A stretch of 64,000 bases of DNA from Schizochytrium sp. TIO01 (Eukaryota > Protista > Bigyra: Labyrinthulomycetes): assembly GCA_004764695.1 (NCBI GenBank), contig SMSO01000014.1, forward strand, positions 6,810,029 through 6,874,028, given 5' to 3'. The translations under genes and the position numbers were made by a program. Each line of letters starts with the position of its first letter. Position 1 is the first letter of the stretch. Positions 35,001 through 45,447 of this stretch are shown here, piece after piece. The notes below the pieces were generated by a model that saw nothing but the letters and a program-made list of their open reading frames with translations, was not told the DNA's origin and ran no database searches.

Positions 35001-38000
35001 TCTATCGCCTCTAACGAAGTCTTTTGAAAAGGAAAGGAATCTTGAAATAACATACTTGCAAAGCATCAACATGGGAACACAATCAGCAACAAGTGCTTTT
35101 TACAAGGGGTTCTTTTCTTTTTTCTTTTTTCTTTCCTTTCTTTCTTTCTTTCTTTCTTTCTTTTGTGAACTGAAAAGGGCAGAAAAAGAGTTTCGAAACT
35201 CTTTCAAAGGAAACGCGGACCATATGTAGTAAGCTCCGAAGAACCGGAGACCCACACTAGGTCGATCAGGCCTCCCGCGAAACAGTCTGCCTCTGTTTGA
35301 TTTATATTTGTTTTTTAGGCCTGTTGTCTTCTTGCCACACCGCGAGATTGCCTGTTCGCACGTGTAATAGAGAGGAACAGTGAAAGTTGGGGTTTATAAT
35401 CTAGTGTACTGCAAGTGCCAAGATTATAAAATGCTTTCAGTCTACAAAAGGAAGAATTGAATGGTTTTTCGATTCTAGAAAGGTGAGTGCGAGAGTACCA
35501 GTCGAGATTAATAGACTATAGTATACTCAAGACGCATATAAGGTAAGAAGTACTCTGGCAGTATGAGTATACTCAGGTAAAATATGAAAATTAGATTCCC
35601 AACATTGTTTTAATCTCTTCCTTCTTTTAAAATTGTCAACATAGCTATGGTCCTACAGACTAAGGGAACGCCAAGAAATTCATATCCACTCCCAAAATGC
35701 GAAGCCAAACAGTGTCTGCCATCGCCAAGGATAAACCTCATAAGAGGAAGAGGTTTAGCTCGATGATACCAAGAGGTTATTGCATAATATAGCCAAATAA
35801 AATGAGTGTCCTTCTATGACTTTATTTCCGAACCTTTTCTTGTCAAAGGTAAGAACCCATAGACTCGCATTGGGTCGACTCTCTGCTCGCATAGTCGGCA
35901 AGGAGACCTGGCCGATGCGCGGATTCCCTGCGGGTCCCCAGATCAGGGAGACTAGAAGAGCGCGTCCGTCGCTAGAGGCGATTGCGGCACCGCATCGCAA
36001 ATTTAAGGCAAAATAGCGGCAAAAGTTCCCTAAGGCTTAAAATCTTTTTTAGTTCGTATTAATTTTTGTATTCTCTTTAGAATCTTAAAAGTTTTAATAG
36101 TTTCCTTATTCAACATTAGATGCCTATATATACTTTTTAATAAAAACTTCAAAGAATGAGTTTTTTCAATAACTCATGGCACGTGCCGATTGGAGCAGCA
36201 CTTGAAACTCTAGTCTTGAAGAGGCTCAAAAGCGTGACATGAGTCTCTAAGGATTTTTTTTCTTTTTTTCTAATAAATAAATATATATACGCAAGACCTG
36301 GAAAATGAGGTTTGACAACCTTAATGCTTCTTCATAAGGGCATGCCAGCAACTAGCAAAAAAAAATGGTAAAATGGTGTTAGAAATAAAAGGAAAAAAAG
36401 TTGAATTGAATAATTTTGCCAAGAGACCAGGGCGGGGGAGAGTCACGTTTGAACAAAGAAGCGTTGGTTCGCTTTCAAAACAATTGTGTGTCTCTTAAGG
36501 ACTCTTTACAATCTCCCCCAAGATAATTAGCTCTCTACTCTAGGTTAGATTCTGTTTGCCTCTTTTACTTTAAATCTAATGAGTTTATTTAATTATTTAT
36601 ATTTAATTAAAGGATAAAAAGGAAAGAGCCTCTCAGACCCTTCAAATTCTTTGTGTCTCTTTTTTTTAACAATTAAAACAATTAATATATAATCAATTTT
36701 AAAATAAGAATATAAATGAGCAACCACTAGATTTTGTTTCAATATATCCCAATTTTTCAGTCTCTTCTACCTTTATTGTGAGTTAATCTTTGCTCCAACG
36801 ACGCACGTACATTTCTCAAATCGCCCATTAATTGAATCGTGTGTCTAACCTTCTCCTAATTTAATTTAACATTTAAACTGTAGCTTGCGAAAGAAATGTA
36901 GCCTAATGTTCCTGTGGTCTTTTTCCTGGTTCACTAAAAGGTATCCTGTGACGACATTTGACTTGCCACCACCTACCCTAATCTGGACGAATCAGGACAC
37001 CATAGCTGGCTTGACTGCTTGAGAAAACAGCTTTCACTGACAGAGAATGGCAAGGCCATACTTTGCAGATATATAGTCAAAGCTGAGTATGACATTCAGA
37101 ACTTAGAATTTGAGTTTCATGGAAACTTCGATAATCATCACGTTTGATTTATACAGAAAAGGACCCTGCTAACAGTTTGATGTCTGGTACCTAGCCTATG
37201 CAGAATATCTAACTTTCTAATCTATAATAATAGGTAGGGACAAAGCCGCTATCAGGGTACACCCAACCAATGAAGACAGACCTCCGGGACATTACGTCTC
37301 ACTACAAATAAACAACTCATAGATGCCATTGGGAGTAGGAAGTGTCCAGCGCTGGTCCCGAATGAAGTTGATGAGTGCCGGAGAAGGAATCAAAACCTTG
37401 ATATTATTTACTCAAGTGCAATACTACTTTTGAGAAGAGCCTAGGACACTGAGTGATCCCCGTGTCCAGTTCACTCGTCATACTATACTGGCAGACGGCA
37501 GCAAGCAAACTCTCTGAGATATCCAGAGATCTATCATGGTGATCACGCACACGCGTTACTCGAGCGGCACGTACCTACTCATACTACCTACTGTGTGCAC
37601 AAGAAGCTTCATATAATTTTTATTTTATTTTTTATTGCTGTACGTAGGTACGCAGAGGATAAACCAATTGAAAAGAAATGTCGAGACTCAGACTTTACTT
37701 CGTGGTCGCTCCAGCACTTGTTCGACGCGCGAGTATCCACTAACTTGAGAGATACCCAGCATCAACGTTTGGAGTAGCACACACCTTCAGCTCAGCTCGC
37801 AATTTGCTAAGATGCCACCAGCAATCGCGCCGCGAGGAATGCCGCATAAAACGAATGAACACCTCCTATCTATCCTCTACTAGACAATGGCGGAGGGTGT
37901 GTGCTACGAAACAAACTCCGTGTTGACATCCTTGGTCATTATCGCTCTCATCATCATCATATACATGATTTATTTATTTATTTAATATAGCGTAGTCTCA

Positions 38001-38569
38001 ATGTGCTTTGAAGGTTGAATATCTCATATAGCTGCAACGCCGAAGTAGCCAAATGGTCTATACATGCAATACATGTAGACAGTGAAAGAAACCCTGCTCA
38101 CTGTTCCATATGTGCCAGTGAACAACCCTAAGTAAGAGAAATAAAATTGCTCACTGATATTCTAGTTTATCTAGAATATTCTTTATTTCATGAATACCTC
38201 GGAATCGGAGACCAATCATGACGAAAAACCTTCTGCTACGTGGACGGATCTAATTCACTTGGAGTCAAACGCGGCTCTGCTGAGTGACAGTTACTCTGCA
38301 CTGTGTTTAAGATCATAGTCATCAGACTAGAATTACTGACCTTCGTGCGGAGCTCTCACCTGGTGTTGATTCCTAGGATTGCCTGCAATTTCAGTGGCGG
38401 TGATCCACTCTAAACGAAGTCTCCTGTGCAAAGAATATTCGAGAGCAGCAGCTTCACTTGCGAAAGAAACAGCTTGCTCTGAGGACCCAACGCAACAACG
38501 ACACTGCCTCTTAGTAAAGCAAACAAGTATTGCCCAAAAGCACTGCATACACAAAAAGAACTGTGCGCG

Positions 38570-39859
38570 ATGAGTCTTGCAGAGAGCAACAACAACAATA
38601 CTGAAGACGTGCAACAAGAAGACGGCTGGGTGTTGCGACTTGACCGCCAGGCAGTTGACCATGCTGCATTCGACTCTTGGTATCCTCTTTTCAGCAGAAC
38701 AAAGGGAGATAAAACATCGAAGCAGCACACGATTCGCTCTGTGATCTTACCCATGTCCGATGAATTTCTTGCATACCTTCAGCAAGATGGAGTTATCATG
38801 CCAAATGTCCCTGAAGGCGTTGACCTCGCTGTGGCAGATCCGCGATACGTTGTGGCAGCTCCCGAGGATACATACGACGCATTTGGAGATGTGGATTGGG
38901 AACAGGATGAGTCCGAAGACGAACTCGACGAGGCTGAAGCACCTTGCTTTAAAGACCTGGAAGCTACCTTACAGGAAACCCTCGACGAGCTCAAGGGAGA
39001 AGCCTTCGTTAAACTCCGTTGGACCAGTCCGCAGGACGCGCATTGGGTCTGTGGTGGGCTGCGTTGCTCCACCCCAGGTCATGTTTATCTGCTTCTAAAG
39101 AGCTCAGACTTTATCCAGCACGACCTGGAGCACGTATATGATAACTGCTGGGACACAACAAATCCTAACGTCACATCAACTGAAGGAAAGGCAGAGTCTG
39201 AAGATGATTCACCTTCGTTGGCCTCAACAAAACAAAACCCGTGCCTCGTGATGAGGCGCTGGAGTCATCTCAACCGGGCAATGGAGTTTCGATGCTTTAT
39301 TTATAATAATCAGCTCCTTGCTATCACGCAGCGCTATCCTCAAGACTATCATGCCTACTTGCAACCAGGTCAACCTATGCACGAAACTGTAGTGAGCTCA
39401 ATCATGTCATTTTTTGATGAGGCAGAGGTTCCAGACCGTTATCCCCACCCTCACTTTGTCATGGATGTTTATGTTGATCGGGAAGAACGCGTTTGGGTCC
39501 TTGACTTTGGTCCTCTTCCTACCTTTATCCCTGAAGTTGAAGTGTCAGAGTCCACAACTGATTACCATAGACTTATGCAGTGCTCTCAGCAGCTTGTTAG
39601 TGTGCCTCCGCATGAATTGCTGAGCTGGGCTGAGCTGCGGCGACTTATTTCTTTGGCTGAGAATGACAAGGAAACTGACCCGGACCCAGAGTTCTACGTT
39701 GTCAAGTCTCGTCAAGCTGCAGAAAGTACCCGTGATGTCAAGCGCTCACACTGTGTTCCTATTGAATTGGTTACAGGTGAACTTACACCTGAAATTTTCA
39801 AGCAAGCCCAGGAACAGCTTGATGCTATGAATAATCCAAAGTCTGAGGCCACACCATAG
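38570..39859 (+). CDS. CDC123: Cell division cycle protein 123 (D123 family ATP-grasp, eIF2 assembly factor)
   Basis: FDSWYPLF, TIRSVILPM.DEFLAYLQQDG, FVKLRWTSPQDA, LLLKSSDFIQHDL, MEFRCFI, ITQR, FVMDVYV...VWVLDF. Confidence 0.92.
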   Translation: MSLAESNNNNTEDVQQEDGWVLRLDRQAVDHAAFDSWYPLFSRTKGDKTSKQHTIRSVILPMSDEFLAYLQQDGVIMPNVPEGVDLAVADPRYVVAAPEDTYDAFGDVDWEQDESEDELDEAEAPCFKDLEATLQETLDELKGEAFVKLRWTSPQDAHWVCGGLRCSTPGHVYLLLKSSDFIQHDLEHVYDNCWDTTNPNVTSTEGKAESEDDSPSLASTKQNPCLVMRRWSHLNRAMEFRCFIYNNQLLAITQRYPQDYHAYLQPGQPMHETVVSSIMSFFDEAEVPDRYPHPHFVMDVYVDREERVWVLDFGPLPTFIPEVEVSESTTDYHRLMQCSQQLVSVPPHELLSWAELRRLISLAENDKETDPDPEFYVVKSRQAAESTRDVKRSHCVPIELVTGELTPEIFKQAQEQLDAMNNPKSEATP

Positions 39860-40160
39860 ATTAATGCATCTACCGTCGCCTAATTAAACCTGTGTACAAT
39901 AGAATATTAGATCGAGGAATTGTATATGTAATGGCTTTAAACATATCTGGTAAACTCTTTATGTCTTTTCCTTTGCTACACAGCATTGATATAAGATATG
40001 CCCAAAGACAAATAAATGAACTCATTGCAAACTCTTTTATTTTAAAGAACATAACTATTTGAGTAGAAAAAGAGGTCCATTGTCGTTGCTTAAGCCTACA
40101 CAGCTTTTGTTTGTGTTTGAACGTATTTGCTAGCTAGCTAGCTTTTCATTAATACGAGTT

Positions 40161-41885
40161 TCAGTCAATTAAGTCTGTGCTTCGCAAAAAGTCATACACT
40201 TGCTTTTGATCCAGCGAAAGAGGTGGTAAGTACGGTTCCTCAAACTCGCGAACCCACCATGCAGTTGAATTCCACTCGCGAGCAAATCTATAGTGATATT
40301 TATCCACTTTAATACGTTTCGGCGGCGCTTTCCCAGTGAATGGATTTTCAGCCAAAGCCTGAAAAGCCAATTCATCTCCTTCTAGTAATTTGACAATGTA
40401 GTGCACAAGCCAAGGATGATACTGAAAGGGCTGGAATCCAGCGAACCATAACGCCCAGTCTATACGAAAGTGATATGGTGCCAAAATACAAGGTCGCCTC
40501 TCAGTGTCGCCTGGTTTGCACTTGAACTGGTACTCTAGCCAGTCTTCGTCACCACTTTCTGAAGCACTGCCGAAGAGAATGACTTCGTGTCGTTCGCGAT
40601 TTACAGACCCAAAAGCTCCGTACGTGTTTACAATAGAAAAGGTATTGAAGCTCGTGTTCATTCGCTGGGACGGACTTAGCAAATTCATCACCACAGGAAC
40701 ACTCAAAAAACTGATCAAAAGAATCAGACAGACATGCAAACTTTGCCGCAAAGGTGAAGGTGCCAAAAATGCAGATCGCTTTTTAGATATCTTTGGGATG
40801 GAAGAAAGTATGGAAGCGCCACTTGCGGCTTTATAAAAGGAATTGACAACTAAACGCACAAAAACATGGATATCTGAGAAGAATTCATCATCAAAACAAA
40901 AGATAGCAGGCAGTATAGTCATCATATTCAAGAATCCATAATTTCCAGTAGCCTGAATCAAGAGCATTTCAGAAGCGACTGATACTGCTCCTAGCATGCG
41001 GACCTCCCGTGACAAAAGCATAGTCCATGGGACACACACTTGCACAATGTGATTAAAGGTTACTTCCATTATATGCCACTGCGCAGGAAACTGAGTGTGA
41101 AAAAACCAGCTCAATGGGTTAGGTACGCATGTTGTTTCATAAAAATAGTTCATGCACGAGAAATCACGCCAGCAGGAGTCTCCACGGAGTTTGATCAGAC
41201 CTGCACCAATATAAATCCGCATGAGCAACCAACGATAGAGCCAGACTACAGATTTGGGTGTCGCTAACGACGTCATATCAAGAGACATAAATGGGCAAAG
41301 GAAGATCGAAAGGAATCCAGTTTCTAGCAACTGAATCTCCCAACCAAAGCTGTACCAGCCTTGGCCAACGTTTGTAATACTTCCATATAGCACCCAAATC
41401 GCAGCCATAATGACCATGTTTGCACGTCCAAATAGAAGAGGTATTAAGGCCAGTCCCAACCCTGTCACCTCGCACCTCAATAGCCATTCATCAAAGGCAC
41501 CCTCTGGAGCAAACCACAAGACTGTAGGTGACGCAAGATAGAGCTCGTATGGCTCTAGAGGTTTCCCCTGACGGCTCTCAAGCTGCCCACGCAAACGGCG
41601 AAGGTGCCGTGGTCCAGGGGTCAACCCATTTGACCCAATCAGTAAGTCATTCTGTTCTAACGCCACCAGAAATGCCAGGACGTACATGAGGCCCATGGCT
41701 CGCAAGAACAGGTCCCGTGCAACGTTGTAAGTTGAGTCCTGAGGCTTCAAAGGTGGTTCAGACTGCAAGCTTTTGCTTGGCAAACCGTCCGCGCATTGTT
41801 GCAACTCTTCCTCAGCCTCCGTGGCAACCATGTCGAACTTTGCAGCAAGGCTTGGTGACTCAGGTGGCACAGGAGCTTTACCCAT
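40161..41885 (-). CDS. LMF1: Lipase maturation factor (LMF1-like) multi-pass ER protein
   Basis: LIGSNGLTP, VGQGWYSFGWEIQLLETGF, GAGLIKLRGD.CWRD, PNPLSW, TGNYGFLN, NTYGAFGS, EYQFKCKPGD, PYHFRIDWALWFA. Confidence 0.93.
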   Translation of the reverse strand: MGKAPVPPESPSLAAKFDMVATEAEEELQQCADGLPSKSLQSEPPLKPQDSTYNVARDLFLRAMGLMYVLAFLVALEQNDLLIGSNGLTPGPRHLRRLRGQLESRQGKPLEPYELYLASPTVLWFAPEGAFDEWLLRCEVTGLGLALIPLLFGRANMVIMAAIWVLYGSITNVGQGWYSFGWEIQLLETGFLSIFLCPFMSLDMTSLATPKSVVWLYRWLLMRIYIGAGLIKLRGDSCWRDFSCMNYFYETTCVPNPLSWFFHTQFPAQWHIMEVTFNHIVQVCVPWTMLLSREVRMLGAVSVASEMLLIQATGNYGFLNMMTILPAIFCFDDEFFSDIHVFVRLVVNSFYKAASGASILSSIPKISKKRSAFLAPSPLRQSLHVCLILLISFLSVPVVMNLLSPSQRMNTSFNTFSIVNTYGAFGSVNRERHEVILFGSASESGDEDWLEYQFKCKPGDTERRPCILAPYHFRIDWALWFAGFQPFQYHPWLVHYIVKLLEGDELAFQALAENPFTGKAPPKRIKVDKYHYRFAREWNSTAWWVREFEEPYLPPLSLDQKQVYDFLRSTDLID

Positions 41886-42570
41886 TGCTGAGTTCCTCCC
41901 GAAGAGCTGAGTGCAAGACAGTGGGCTAAAAAGCTCGGGTATTGCGAGTCAAAAAGGCGGAGAGACTTAAAACTCTATTGTTCATGTGGATCCTAAATGT
42001 CCTTACATGTTTTCAACTTTTTATGGAAAGAATTTAAAAAAAAAAAAAATAAATGGTGACTGTTGCGCATTCGTCAGACAGTACTGGTACATATGCGTAC
42101 ATTTAGCGACAAAAAGCTTGTCTTCAAGTTATAGAAGATAGGAGTGCCAGATAATAAGCCCAATCGTTTTATGCACTTGACAACGAAAGTAACACATATC
42201 ATACTATGGCACTGTGAAGGATCTTGATGAAGACCATGTCATCCTGCGACTGTTCCTTGTTGAATCACAAACAGTATCTTTAAAGCTGTTCACCAATCAA
42301 AGCAAAGAAAATCACAATATTGGTTAGAAACTTACACTTTAATCCAGCTTACTTGACTCTAATTTTAATCTGCAAATGTACAGATCACATGTAAACTTAT
42401 CCACAAATAACATCAAAGCCAAGTAAAAAACAGAACAGAATATTTATTTTCAAATGACCAACAACAAAAAACCAAAAAACCTGAAAGCATCATCAGATTC
42501 AGGTCAACTTGCAGCTACAATTATTGAATGTGCAACCATCCATGAAAATACGGTGCACTGTTGTAAGGCA

Positions 42571-45447
42571 TCAACGAGAGAACGGTTCTTGCTGTGTCGG
42601 AGCAGAGATTTGAGCGCTAGTAGTAGCAGTTACACCTTCGTGATTAGAAGTCATATTAGATATAAACTGTGTGACATATCGCATCATTGCTGTTGGTACA
42701 TTATCTTGATCGTTCCCTACAGAAGAATGGCCACTGCTCAACCGAGAGCTCATTCGCTGGCTACTTCTCAAACTGCCACGACGTTGACCAGAGCTTCGTG
42801 TTGCACTACAGGAAGACAGACGACTACGTGCAAGCGAGGCTCTCCGAGGTGTTTCCGCAGTTGTTGGCTTCGTATTTTGCAACCTACGGACCAGTTTAGG
42901 ATAATCTTCTATCGACACGTTGCAATTAGCAAAATCACACCCAGTTCGCACCCATTGGGCACAGAAATCATTATAAGACCACACATCACTATCATCGGGT
43001 AACACAAGAATAGGGTCTGTGATAGGTTCTCCAAGGAGACTTAGATGCCCTTCCGGATCTTCATCGATGTCTTGCAGTGATTTGTCAGCAGGAAGTAGAT
43101 CCAGATAGGACCTTACTGATTCAAGGCGGTCCTGTCGCTGCCACTCTGGCCATGCCGCCAACCATTGCTTAAATGACTCCTCAGAAATAGCAAGTGCTTC
43201 CTTTTCGGCGTGCGCGATATCCTTGTGGTCGATCTTTATATAATTTGCAAAAATCATTGACTTTGATGACACGGGTAGATTCAGACGCTGTCGGAGTGCA
43301 ATTTCAAAGCCTAAATACACGCATACATCATCAATATCGCGGTTCAAGCTATTGATGTATTTTTCAACATGTTCATGCACAATGTTTAGACGCATAATGC
43401 CCATGCCGAGTTTCCGTAGCTTCTCCCGATCACCACGTGCGTGGGCGATCTCAACAACAATTTGCATCTGACCTAGAGCCCAGATTGGTTTATCAGCACA
43501 AGCATCAGTGGCATCGAGCATACGTATGATGATCTCTTCACGTGATACTGGGTCATTAATTACAAGCTCTAAGACTTCTTTGACACGCTCCTTGAGTCCA
43601 TCACGGTAATCTTCATTTTGAAACTCCTTTGAGCTTAGGAGCATGCTCAAAAACCGAAGAACGCCCCACACGTAAGCTTTGTCAATGTGCTCTTCAAGGT
43701 CAGTCGCCTGAACATGAAATTCGCGTGCCACCTCATAGAGTGTATTCAAACTGATCATCCCTCCGTCTGATGTGTAAGCTGCTCCGAGAAAAATCTGGAT
43801 ATTATCATTCTGTAAGTTGCGCAATGCATCTAGAGCGTCCCCAACTATACTTGTTTCTTGAATATTGACGACTACCTGAGTAGCTCGAGGAGCTTCAAAG
43901 GACTCAAGAGGAAGCTGCATAAGACTAATACACCCCGAAAAGTTCATCTCTTGACCACTGCAGCGCAAAGAGGAAGGAACATAGTTGAGTGAAGTACATC
44001 CCTGAACAGAGAGAGTACCCTTCACCACAAGATTCTCAGGCAGCTCTTGGAGCATGACACAATCGTGCATGAAGAGGTCACCCATAATCACAAGATTATC
44101 GGGAAGTCGTTTGAGCTGTGAGCATCCCATTAGTAAAACGTCTCCATTGACAAGAAGCAACGACTCAGGAAAGTTTTCAAAGCGTTCACAACGTGTAAGC
44201 ACGAGAGCGCCAATGGTCGCCATTCGGGCTGGAAGGCTCGTAAGCCATTCATCTCCTGCACAATTTAGTTCACCAGCAATCTCCAAGTCGTCTGGCAGAG
44301 CGTAAGGCTCTGACATTTTCACACGAAGGATCAAATCCCCGTCAATCTTCATACGTTTCCCAAACGACAAAACCTGGACTCCAGCAATGACTGCATTTCC
44401 AGCAACGGAAAGCTCATTTGGTAACGAAACCATGCATGGTTCTTCAGCATTGCTTTTACCAATAAGAGAGAGGTTCCGTTTCGCCGTAAGCAAGTCCGGG
44501 ATGCGATTCGGTGAAGCGGAGTTAGCAACAAGAATAGCGTCACAATGAAGCTCTAGTCGAGGCAAATCGTCTGGGATTTCGAGTAGAGCGTAGTTTTGGG
44601 GCATGGTATATACACGAATGGCCTCGGTTTTAGTGTTCCAGGACAGAACTGTTTTCTTTGAAAGTTCTTTATAGGCCTGCGAGTCTTGTGGCATCGCTTC
44701 CAGAGCATTTTGAATCACCTTATGATGTTTATTGCACATGCTGCGTGCTTGAAGTGTTGTATAGAGTTTTGCATTGTGAGCCAACCTTGCCGTATAAAGA
44801 GGTCCATTTATCACGCCTAAACCTAAAGCAGTTATGCAGTAGAATGGCGATAACAGCAAATTTTCAAGAACCTTACAGAGACTGGCAAGGCAATGCATAG
44901 GCGGACTTGTGAAGGCTATTTCTTTTTTACAACAGCAACGCCAATTCACTATGCAGGCTTTGCTAGGATCACCGTTTCCATTGTCAAGAAAGCAAATGCA
45001 CACGAATGGGAGCGACAAGATGCCCATTATAAGCAGCTCTGATATCAGCATAGATACCTCAATGCCATATACAAAGCACATTTTCACCGAACATTTAGAT
45101 GAGTTCTCCAAGTATTCCCGAAAACAGCATTGTGGAGTTAGGTAGAGTGCCCTCGAAGGTATGCCTGCAGGGTTATTGCTACAACCCCAGGGTATCAAGT
45201 CTGCTGTGTTGCACGTGCAGCATGCACACCTACAGCACGTCTCAGAATTTTCGCTTAGTGAAAAAGGCTCCTCACCATTGATTATCCTCTTCGTGTTGGC
45301 AATATACAGAGAGCTCAGCCCGTCTGCAGGAGAGGCCAGCCAAGTTTCTGCCCACTCGTCCTCTTGTCTTGAATATATGGCCATGAGCAAACTCCGTAAT
45401 CTTTCCTCCAAGTCTGGCTCATAGCTATACTCACCATCGCTCTCCAT
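42571..45447 (-). CDS. LRR plus NEL-domain (IpaH/SspH-type) E3 ubiquitin ligase-like protein, 958 aa
   Basis: About ten 21-22 aa LPxNLxVxGxLxxxGCxxL repeats. They are followed by DATDACADK...LRKLGMGIMRLNIV...IDDVCVYLGFEIALRQRLNLPVSSKSMIF...FKQWLAAWPEW, which is colinear with the NEL domain. Single uninterrupted ORF. Confidence 0.85.
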   Translation of the reverse strand: MESDGEYSYEPDLEERLRSLLMAIYSRQEDEWAETWLASPADGLSSLYIANTKRIINGEEPFSLSENSETCCRCACCTCNTADLIPWGCSNNPAGIPSRALYLTPQCCFREYLENSSKCSVKMCFVYGIEVSMLISELLIMGILSLPFVCICFLDNGNGDPSKACIVNWRCCCKKEIAFTSPPMHCLASLCKVLENLLLSPFYCITALGLGVINGPLYTARLAHNAKLYTTLQARSMCNKHHKVIQNALEAMPQDSQAYKELSKKTVLSWNTKTEAIRVYTMPQNYALLEIPDDLPRLELHCDAILVANSASPNRIPDLLTAKRNLSLIGKSNAEEPCMVSLPNELSVAGNAVIAGVQVLSFGKRMKIDGDLILRVKMSEPYALPDDLEIAGELNCAGDEWLTSLPARMATIGALVLTRCERFENFPESLLLVNGDVLLMGCSQLKRLPDNLVIMGDLFMHDCVMLQELPENLVVKGTLSVQGCTSLNYVPSSLRCSGQEMNFSGCISLMQLPLESFEAPRATQVVVNIQETSIVGDALDALRNLQNDNIQIFLGAAYTSDGGMISLNTLYEVAREFHVQATDLEEHIDKAYVWGVLRFLSMLLSSKEFQNEDYRDGLKERVKEVLELVINDPVSREEIIIRMLDATDACADKPIWALGQMQIVVEIAHARGDREKLRKLGMGIMRLNIVHEHVEKYINSLNRDIDDVCVYLGFEIALRQRLNLPVSSKSMIFANYIKIDHKDIAHAEKEALAISEESFKQWLAAWPEWQRQDRLESVRSYLDLLPADKSLQDIDEDPEGHLSLLGEPITDPILVLPDDSDVWSYNDFCAQWVRTGCDFANCNVSIEDYPKLVRRLQNTKPTTAETPRRASLARSRLSSCSATRSSGQRRGSLRSSQRMSSRLSSGHSSVGNDQDNVPTAMMRYVTQFISNMTSNHEGVTATTSAQISAPTQQEPFSR

